Shown here piece after piece: positions 46,357 to 53,945 of a DNA stretch of 64,000 bases. Under the pieces are notes generated by a model. The model was not told the DNA's origin. It saw only the letters and a list, made by a program, of their open reading frames with translations, and did no database searches. Made by a program: the position numbers and the translations under genes. How positions within the stretch are numbered: position 1 is the first letter of the stretch; the number at the start of each line of letters is the position of its first letter. Origin of the DNA: a virus. Location: positions 1 through 64,000 of IMG/VR virus record IMGVR_UViG_3300036846_001209. One strand, 5' to 3'.

Positions 46357-48224
46357 CAGATCGCCCTTCCTGCCACCGCCAGCGCCTTCGCGACCGTGGT
46401 GTCGTCGAGGCCCAGCAGCGGCTTGGTCGCCGTGCGGCTGGCGCGCCCTTCGCGCTCGGCTCGAGCCATCAGCCGGTCGGTGAGGTCGATCACCTTGCCG
46501 CCGTCGGCGTAGCCCTGCGCAAGCTGAGTGCGCCCTTCGGCCCGCGCCCACTTCTGCTGCCCGTCCTGCATCGCGCCGTCCTCCCAGTTCAGGAAGTCCT
46601 GCACGGTGCGCATGTGCGCCAGGAACGGGTTGGCGGCGATCTGGGTGGGCGAAACGTAGTCGGAGAGCGGCTTGCCCGCGACGGATGGGTCGTCGCGCAG
46701 AGCTCGCAGCAGCCGCGGCCCACCGCCCTCGCCGAGGAAGTGGATGGTGTAGACGTTGCGCGAGGTCAGCGGCATGCCGAGGTTCTTCACTAGGCCAGCC
46801 TCGTAGTCGACGTAGTTGCGCCCCAACTGCGCGGTCAGGTTCTGCCCCTCGTCGGTCTGCCGGTACTGCTTGATCTGGTCGTCGGTCATGCCCGCCGCCT
46901 GGCGGGGATAGTCGCGCTTGTACTGCCCGACCCAGGTGTCGTTGGTCATCTGGTAGGGGCCTTGGGCGGAGGATCCTGGGTTCTTCTGACCGCCCAGACC
47001 GCCCTCGTGGTACATGATCTGGTTGGCGATGGTGTCGTTGTCGGTATCGCCGACGCCGCCCGCAGGCGGTGCACCTGGGGCGCCCGCCCCTCCCTGATCC
47101 TGCTGATCCTGCGCATCTTGGGCCGCCTGCTCGGCTGGCGACATCGGCTGCATGCCGCCGAACGTGCCGACCGCTGGCAGGCCTGCGGGCGGGGGCTTGC
47201 TGAGCGCCCTGTCGATCAGGCCTGGAGCGGCGGGCGCCGCGCCGCCGCCTGGTTGATAAGGCGTCCAACGGTTTGCGGGTGGGTGAGCCTTCGGCATGAG
47301 GCCCTCGGCCACATGCTCGCCGATCACCGTGCCAGCCCACGGACCGACGAACGGGATGTGCGCACCGACCGCGTGGCCGACGCCAGCGCCGATCGCGCCG
47401 CGGACGGCTCGGCCGACGAGCGGCATCGAGCCGACCTTGCGGATCACGCCCACACCTGCGCGCCCCGCCAGCCCGGCGCCCTTGGCGGCGAGCATCGTCG
47501 GGTCGGCCAGTTGGGCGACGCGCCCGGCCTTGGCGGCGGCGCCGAGGACATCGCCCACCACGCCTGGCGCCTTGGCCGCCAGCCCCTCGCCGCCAATCGG
47601 GAGGGTGGCGACCGTGGCGATGTCGGAGCCGATCGCGAACGGGTCGTGCTTCAGGGTGCGCTTGAAGCCTTCCACGGACCCGTAGCGGTCCGTGTACATC
47701 TTGCCGATGGCGTTGACCGCCTGCTGATGTTGCGCCTGGGCGGCGGCATTGCCCTGGTCGATCAGGCCCGCCTTCGACGCCAAGCCGGTGGCGATCGCCT
47801 TTGCGCCGGTCCAGTCCTCGCCCCAGTGCCAGGGCGCCAGCGGCGCCAGGGTCTGGTGCAGCTGATTGACGAAGCTGGTGGGCGCGTTCGCGAGCGCGCC
47901 GTGCGCGACCGAGCTCCACGACAGGTTTTCCGGCTTCGGCGGTGGCGGTGGCGGCGCACCACTGGGGCGCGGGCCTGGGCGCGGCGGCGGCGCGCGGCGC
48001 GGCATCGGCGTGCGCTCGCCTTTGAGGCGCGGCGGTCCTGGCGGCCGCGCAGGCGGCGGCGCCATCGGGTCGGCGTTGGGCGGCGGCGGACCCATCGCGT
48101 CCCAGAGCGGATCGCTGTCCGAGGCGGTGGCGGGGGCGCCGCCATCCGGCGCGGGCGCAGGCGCGGCCCCAGGATCTGGCGGCGCATCGCCCATCGCATC
48201 CCAGAGCGGATCGGCGTCGGCCAT
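46356..48224 (-). CDS. internal virion/ejection protein with lytic transglycosylase-like domain
   Basis: HEGG..KNPGSSAQGPYQMTNDTW…YTIHFLG.GG…ANP; N-terminal DPLWDAMG x2; C-terminal YADGG. Confidence 0.7.
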   Translation of the reverse strand: MADADPLWDAMGDAPPDPGAAPAPAPDGGAPATASDSDPLWDAMGPPPPNADPMAPPPARPPGPPRLKGERTPMPRRAPPPRPGPRPSGAPPPPPPKPENLSWSSVAHGALANAPTSFVNQLHQTLAPLAPWHWGEDWTGAKAIATGLASKAGLIDQGNAAAQAQHQQAVNAIGKMYTDRYGSVEGFKRTLKHDPFAIGSDIATVATLPIGGEGLAAKAPGVVGDVLGAAAKAGRVAQLADPTMLAAKGAGLAGRAGVGVIRKVGSMPLVGRAVRGAIGAGVGHAVGAHIPFVGPWAGTVIGEHVAEGLMPKAHPPANRWTPYQPGGGAAPAAPGLIDRALSKPPPAGLPAVGTFGGMQPMSPAEQAAQDAQDQQDQGGAGAPGAPPAGGVGDTDNDTIANQIMYHEGGLGGQKNPGSSAQGPYQMTNDTWVGQYKRDYPRQAAGMTDDQIKQYRQTDEGQNLTAQLGRNYVDYEAGLVKNLGMPLTSRNVYTIHFLGEGGGPRLLRALRDDPSVAGKPLSDYVSPTQIAANPFLAHMRTVQDFLNWEDGAMQDGQQKWARAEGRTQLAQGYADGGKVIDLTDRLMARAEREGRASRTATKPLLGLDDTTVAKALAVAGRAI

Positions 48225-51200
48225 CAGAACCAGTACCGGGCGCTGCCGGTGCCGTAGCCAGCGCGGGTCTGGGTCCCGCGCGTGAGGCCCTGCTCGATGT
48301 CACGCCGGCGGTCGGGGTGCGCCATCAGGATCTCGGCGGCGCTCTGGCCGCCCGCGCCGCGCGTCATCATGCGCGCGAGCGACTTGGCGTCGGCGTCGTA
48401 CATGCCGCCCGTCTCGTTCTGGAAGGCCTGCACCACCCCGATGTGGGTGCCGTACTTGGCGACGTAGGCCTGTTCGAACTGCGGGAAGTCGATGCCGCGC
48501 TGGGTCTGCGTCATCAGGTTGGCGAGGATCTCGTTGGCCGCAGCCTTGTTGGCGGTGCTGCCGCCAGGCAGCACGGAGGCGATGGCTCGAGCCGCATCGT
48601 AGGAGTGCTGGTCGTTGGCGTGCGCCATCGTCTGGGACTGGAGGCTCTGGATCTTCGAGATGATCGCGGCAGGCGCCGTGGCTTGGTTGATATCGGGGTC
48701 GTCGCTGCCAGCCACCATCCGGTGGAAGGTCTGGTAGAGGTTCAGCAGGTTCTGGCGCTGCTCGTAGCCCTGGCCCATCGCGCCGAGGCCGCCTGCCGGG
48801 ATCGCGTTGACCGCCTGCGCGAGGAGCCGCGTCTGCTGCTGGGCGGCGGTCAGGGCGAGCGGATCTCCGTAGGCGGTTTCGGCCTGCTTGGCGTTGGTGG
48901 CTTCCTCCCCGGCCAGTTGCGGGTTCATCCCGATCATCATGCTGTTCTTCATCGCCGCGCCCTGGGCGCCGCTGACGTCGAGCGGCGCGTTCGCCGGGCC
49001 GAGCTTGGCGACGGAGGCGTCGCTGACCGACGATGGTGCGAAGCTGTAGGTGCCGCTCTTGTAGTCGGCATGGACCGGCCCGCGCGCATACCCGGCTGCA
49101 GTCGGAGTGTCGGGCGCCACCGGAGCGTTGGCGCCAGCATGGCCGCCCTGGATGGTCTGCGCGTTCGCGAGTCCTGGCGCGGCCGCGCCGCCGCCGCCGC
49201 CAGCCCCCGGCATCAGGTCGGTGCCATAGCCCCAGTGCGCGTAGTGGCCGCTCGAGGTCATGTGCGTGCGCTGGGAATCGATGCTGCCGTCGGGATTGAA
49301 GAGAGCTCCCGGGATCTCGGTCATGCCCTGGCGCATAGCTGGCGGCAGCGTCTCGTAGCGGGTCTGGGCGGCGGTCGCCTGCCGTTCGGCGATCTCAGCT
49401 TCCTGCTGCTGCTGGGCCATGTAGGTCTTGCCGTAGGCGCCGAGGCCTTGGCTGAGCGCGAACAGCGGGTGGACGGTGGGCGTCGCGCCGATGGCGCCGA
49501 TCATCGACAGGAACGGCATCAGCCGGTCGCGGTCCCAGTGCGGATGGGCCTGGTCAGGCGCGCCAGCCGCCTCGCCGAGCAGATGCAGCGGCGCGCCGAC
49601 GATGTCGCGCAGGGCGCCGCCGAAACCGCCACGACGCCCACCACCGCTCGGGGCGCTCGCAGGTGGAGCACTGTCAGGTGAGGCAGGCGCCGGGGCGGAG
49701 GTGTCGGCTGGCGCGAAGCCAGCGTCGTGGGTCACCGGCCTGACCGTGGGGTCGTCCGTCGGGTCAGGTGGCGGCGGGTCGCCGCCGTCAGCGTAGCCGA
49801 CCCGCCCGCCGGTCTTCACCGGCACGCCGAAGAAAGGGAGCGCGAACTTGGCGATGTTGACGAGATCGCTGCCCATGCCGATCGCCGACCCGAGGCCGCC
49901 GCCGCCGCCCTGACCAGGCGTCGGGGCAGTGACCAGTTTGGGATGCTGGGTTTCGGCGGTCGGGATGTTCAGCCCAGGTCCCTGCGGCTTGTAGGGGTCG
50001 TCGTTCTGCGGATTGGACGGGTCGGACGGACCGCCCATCTGCCGCGCGGCGCGGGCGAAGCCGCCGCGGGCAGCGGCGAGCGTGACGGGCGGCGCGAGGT
50101 CGCTGGCATCGACGAGGCGCGGATCCCGGGACTGGAAGGCCTCGCTCTGGATGACCGGCGCGTCGAGCGCGGGGGACGCGGCGGCGACCGGCGGCCTGCT
50201 CGACTGGAAGGCCTCGCTCTGCATCACCGGCCCCGACTGGAAGGCCTCGCTCGAGATCGGCGGCGCAAGCTGACGGGTCGGCGTCTCAAGCTGGTTCGCG
50301 GCCGCGACGTCCTCGCCGACCGCACGCCGTTGGCTCGGCTCGGTGAGCCAGCGGCCGACGCCACTCGCCTCGTCGCCGAGCCAGTTGCCGAAGCGCTGGA
50401 AGATGTTCGGGTTGTAGGCGCGCATGTTGGCGGGCGCGAAACCGCTTTGCAGATTTGAAACATCGCCGACGTCCATCGGCGTGACCGAGGCGACGTTGCC
50501 TGGCAGGCCGGTGGCGTCCGCGAGGTTCGGCGAGGCCGCGCCGGGCGCCGAAGCGGTCGGGACCTGGCTGGGACTGACGCCAGCGGCCTGCGCGGCCTGC
50601 GCGTGATGATGGGCGAGCGCGATGTGGTGGGCTGCCCGCATCGCATGCTCGATGCCGCTACCCCAGTAACCCTCATCACCGCTGGCCGTCTGCGGGCCGG
50701 GGCGGGCGGCGGGCCCCGCCGCAGCAGGTGCGCCGCCTGGCGTCGGGATCTGCGCGCCCATCGCCGCACCAGCCTCGGCGCCGCGCGCGGGCGCCAGATA
50801 GGCGTTCGCGTCGGTCACGTACTTCGGCGGCGGCGGCTTCCACCCCGGCGGATGCGGGGTCAGCCACGGCTGCCGCTGAAGCATGTTGGCGGCCGAACCC
50901 ATAGCCGCCAGATCGTAAGCGCCAGCGGTCTGCGCCGCGTTGGTCGTCGCGCGCTGCATGGCCTGATGGGCGGCGACGTCCGCGTCCACCAGTTGATGGG
51001 CGCCGTGGTAGACGACGGGCGCGGCCGCCACGCCCATCCGAAGGCCTCGAGCGACGTAGGGCGCGGTGCTGCGGATGGTCTGCACGCCCGGCACGGCGCC
51101 AAGCACTGAGCCCCGCGCGCCCACACCCAGATCGGGGGGCGCGGCGGCGGCGCGCTTGGCAGCCACGACTGCGGGATGTTGCGCCGCAGGCGTATTGAAA

Positions 51201-52885
51201 AACCTGGGATCGGCGTCCGCCGTGAGCGCCGGACCCAGATGGACCGGGGGCCGCTCGTGCGAAAGCGTCGCGACACGGTTGCGCGCTTCCTGTTCCGCGA
51301 CGTCCCGGCGCCGTTGTTCAAGAGCAGCGGTCAGCCCGCCGGGCGCGCGCGCGACACGCCCACCATTGGCGAAGGGCACGTCTCCACCTCCATCGTCACC
51401 GCCGTGGTGGCCCATCAGCTTGTCGAAGACTTCGTGGCCGAAGTGGTAGTCCTTGCTCAGGCCCTCGGCGTCGTCGGCGAAAGAGGCCGCCTCGTGGATG
51501 TCGGAGCCCAGGTTGCTCTGCGACGGCGTCGGCGCCTTGGCGACCTGTAGTTGGCCGACCGGCAGATTGGCGGCCGGGACGTAGCTCGAGCCGCCGTGCG
51601 GCGCGGCGCTGGCGCTGCTGCCGTAGAGGCCGGGGCCGCCCTGGCCCGAGAACGGGCCATACATCTGGGCTTGGGACTCCAGCAGTTGCTGGATGACCAT
51701 CGGGTTGGTGCCCGCCGGGTACATGCCCCAGCCAGACATGCCGCTGCCGCCGCCGTCTGCGAACCCGGCGCGGCCGCCGACGGCGCGAGCTCGGCGCTCG
51801 GGCTCGTCGCCGTAGTTGTCGTTGGCCGCCAGCGCGAAGCCGGCCGCGGCGGCGGTCGCCCGGCCATAGTCGACTGTCAGGAAGCCGCTGGGGTGGGTGT
51901 GGACGGCTTCGGGGTGCAGCCGCGCCATCTCCTGGGCGGAGAAGCCGATGCGGGTGGTCGGGTCGCCGCGGTAGCGGAAGCGGTAGATGTTGGCGCCGTC
52001 GAAGCCCTTGCCGACCGGGATCATGTCCTCCTTGAGGCGCTCGTCGGAGAAGATCGACTGCGGCTGCTGGGCGGTGGTGGTCGAGCCCGAGAGAGCTCCG
52101 GTCCCCTCGGCGATGTTCGCGAGGAACTGCGCCGTCTGGAACGGGTAGGACTGCTGCTGCAGGAACTGGTTGTAGACCGCGGTCTTGCCCGCCTGCTGGG
52201 TCTGCTGCTCGACCTGGCCCGCCCCGAGTTGGGCCTGGGCGCCCGCCAGCGCGGCGCTCTGCGCTCCCGTCCCGAGTCCGGCCAGCGCCTCGCCGGTCTG
52301 CTGCACGGCAGCGCGGTTCGCCTGCTCGGCGCCCAGGCCGACGCCCTGCTGCTGCTGCGCGGTCGCCAGCGCCTGCTGGTAGGCGTCCGAGAGGATCCCC
52401 GAGTAGGTCTGCCCGGCGGCCAGTTGCTGCTGCCCGGCCAGCACCGCCGCGGCGATGCCCGAGCGGTCGCCGCCATAGGCGCCCGAGGTGATCGCGTTGC
52501 CCAGCTGACCGGCCTGCTGCTGCTGGTTCTGCTGGTTGATCAGCGCCTCGGTCGAGCCGAGTACGCTGGAGACGTACGGGTTGTAGTACTGGTTGATCGC
52601 GCCCGCATCGATCGCCGACGGATTCACCGCCTGGGATCCCGCGAGCGCGAAGCCCGTCGCCGCGCCGAAGTACGGCTGCGCCATGCCGCTGGCGGCGTTG
52701 GTATTGGCGACGCCCGCCTGCTGCGTGCCGGTCAGTGGTGCGACGAACGCCGAGGGGTCGGTCGAGTACTGCTGGAACGGGGTCTGAGCGACGTCCTGGG
52801 CGGTCTGGTTAACGGAGTTATATCGCGCCAATACTTCGGGCGGTATACTTACTTGACTAGTTGAAGTCGAAGTCTTGCCGCCCAT
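48224..52885 (-). CDS. large DNA-ejection/internal virion protein with S74-like intramolecular chaperone domain
   Basis: MGGKTSTSTSQV.IP N-terminus, Q/A-rich region, SDERLKEDM…IYRFRY…GFSAQE…VDY and paired AxGG motifs. Confidence 0.75.
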   Translation of the reverse strand: MGGKTSTSTSQVSIPPEVLARYNSVNQTAQDVAQTPFQQYSTDPSAFVAPLTGTQQAGVANTNAASGMAQPYFGAATGFALAGSQAVNPSAIDAGAINQYYNPYVSSVLGSTEALINQQNQQQQAGQLGNAITSGAYGGDRSGIAAAVLAGQQQLAAGQTYSGILSDAYQQALATAQQQQGVGLGAEQANRAAVQQTGEALAGLGTGAQSAALAGAQAQLGAGQVEQQTQQAGKTAVYNQFLQQQSYPFQTAQFLANIAEGTGALSGSTTTAQQPQSIFSDERLKEDMIPVGKGFDGANIYRFRYRGDPTTRIGFSAQEMARLHPEAVHTHPSGFLTVDYGRATAAAAGFALAANDNYGDEPERRARAVGGRAGFADGGGSGMSGWGMYPAGTNPMVIQQLLESQAQMYGPFSGQGGPGLYGSSASAAPHGGSSYVPAANLPVGQLQVAKAPTPSQSNLGSDIHEAASFADDAEGLSKDYHFGHEVFDKLMGHHGGDDGGGDVPFANGGRVARAPGGLTAALEQRRRDVAEQEARNRVATLSHERPPVHLGPALTADADPRFFNTPAAQHPAVVAAKRAAAAPPDLGVGARGSVLGAVPGVQTIRSTAPYVARGLRMGVAAAPVVYHGAHQLVDADVAAHQAMQRATTNAAQTAGAYDLAAMGSAANMLQRQPWLTPHPPGWKPPPPKYVTDANAYLAPARGAEAGAAMGAQIPTPGGAPAAAGPAARPGPQTASGDEGYWGSGIEHAMRAAHHIALAHHHAQAAQAAGVSPSQVPTASAPGAASPNLADATGLPGNVASVTPMDVGDVSNLQSGFAPANMRAYNPNIFQRFGNWLGDEASGVGRWLTEPSQRRAVGEDVAAANQLETPTRQLAPPISSEAFQSGPVMQSEAFQSSRPPVAAASPALDAPVIQSEAFQSRDPRLVDASDLAPPVTLAAARGGFARAARQMGGPSDPSNPQNDDPYKPQGPGLNIPTAETQHPKLVTAPTPGQGGGGGLGSAIGMGSDLVNIAKFALPFFGVPVKTGGRVGYADGGDPPPPDPTDDPTVRPVTHDAGFAPADTSAPAPASPDSAPPASAPSGGGRRGGFGGALRDIVGAPLHLLGEAAGAPDQAHPHWDRDRLMPFLSMIGAIGATPTVHPLFALSQGLGAYGKTYMAQQQQEAEIAERQATAAQTRYETLPPAMRQGMTEIPGALFNPDGSIDSQRTHMTSSGHYAHWGYGTDLMPGAGGGGGAAAPGLANAQTIQGGHAGANAPVAPDTPTAAGYARGPVHADYKSGTYSFAPSSVSDASVAKLGPANAPLDVSGAQGAAMKNSMMIGMNPQLAGEEATNAKQAETAYGDPLALTAAQQQTRLLAQAVNAIPAGGLGAMGQGYEQRQNLLNLYQTFHRMVAGSDDPDINQATAPAAIISKIQSLQSQTMAHANDQHSYDAARAIASVLPGGSTANKAAANEILANLMTQTQRGIDFPQFEQAYVAKYGTHIGVVQAFQNETGGMYDADAKSLARMMTRGAGGQSAAEILMAHPDRRRDIEQGLTRGTQTRAGYGTGSARYWF

Positions 52886-53425
52886 CTACGCGGCTCCCGC
52901 CTGCGCGCCGCGCGACCCGGGCCAATAGATCCAGTAGGCCCCAGCCGGCTTACCCAGGACGCGCTGATAGAGGCGCACCTTAGCCGCCGTGCGGTGATTT
53001 GACAGCACCCCGATGGAAAGCGGCAGGCCGAGGTTGTCCGCGACGTCCATCGAGAACTCCGCCAGGCGTGCTGCGCGCCCACCACGTGCGCCGCGGAAGG
53101 CGGGGTGGACGAAGATCGCCCGCTCCTCGATATGCTCGGCGCGGCTGTACCAGACGGTGCCGACGCGCAGCAGCACGGCGCCCTCGAGCGGCCGAGATCC
53201 TGGGGCGCCGATGACCCCGCAGATGCCCTTGTCGAGGTTCAGCGCCGCCCAGACGTCGCGCAGCACGAGGATCGGGTCGTGGGCCACGAACTCGTTCTCG
53301 ACGCAGCCCATGAGCGCGAGCTCCATCACAGAATCTACTTCATCCGGGGTGGCTGTCCGAACATGTGGGCGTTCCACTTTGGTGATTTCGTCATGTTCGC
53401 TGGCGAGGTTAAGGTCATCAGCCAT
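52886..53425 (-). CDS. GNAT acetyltransferase
   Basis: VRTAT.DE…WYS…IFVHPAFRG.RGGRA.RL; GGGAG RBS. Confidence 0.75.
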   Translation of the reverse strand: MADDLNLASEHDEITKVERPHVRTATPDEVDSVMELALMGCVENEFVAHDPILVLRDVWAALNLDKGICGVIGAPGSRPLEGAVLLRVGTVWYSRAEHIEERAIFVHPAFRGARGGRAARLAEFSMDVADNLGLPLSIGVLSNHRTAAKVRLYQRVLGKPAGAYWIYWPGSRGAQAGAA

Positions 53426-53945
53426 GCTGATCTCCCACGCCAAACTGCTTGAAATCGTCAACTACAACCCCGAGACGGGCGTGTTCACCGCGAGGGTAGC
53501 CAGAGATCGCGTCAGGGTCGGCGACCGTCTCGGGACACCCCGACCTCGCGGCTATCTCTATTGCATGATCTTTGGGAGGAACTACGCCCTGCATCGGCTG
53601 GCGTGGTTCTACATGACCGGCAGATGGCCGGTGGGCCAGATCGATCACCGGAACCGCAAGAAGGCCGACAACCGCTGGCGCAACCTGCGTGATGCGACAG
53701 GAAGTCAGAACACGATCAACTGCATCTTGCCGCCGAATAAAGCAGGCTTCAGAGGCGTCTCGATCCACCCGAGAAGGAACGGTCAGCCGCGATATCACGC
53801 CATGCTCGCACGAACTTATCTCGGCGCTTTTGACACCGCCGAGGAGGCCTATGCCGCCTACGTCCGCGCTGCCCAGGCTCGTCATGGTGAGTTCGTTGAG
53901 CACCTCAGTCCTTCGCCGGTCCTGGCAGCCCTTTCAGGGTGCTGA
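53424..53945 (+). mobile_element. HNH-AP2 homing endonuclease gene, antisense within the tail operon
   Basis: YNPETGVF…HRLAWFYMTG.WP..QIDH.N….DNR..NLR…GFRGV…YLG.FDT.EEA..AY; lower GC3. Confidence 0.85.

Noticed and set aside
45448-48303. 951-aa ORF call
   Set aside because: The upstream two-thirds is an off-frame overlap of 46356-48224. The real gene starts at 46356 (MATPNL) by TGATG coupling.
50130-50260. SEAFQS tripled peptide in the ejection protein
   Set aside because: A local duplication in a low-complexity segment with no evidence of separate function.
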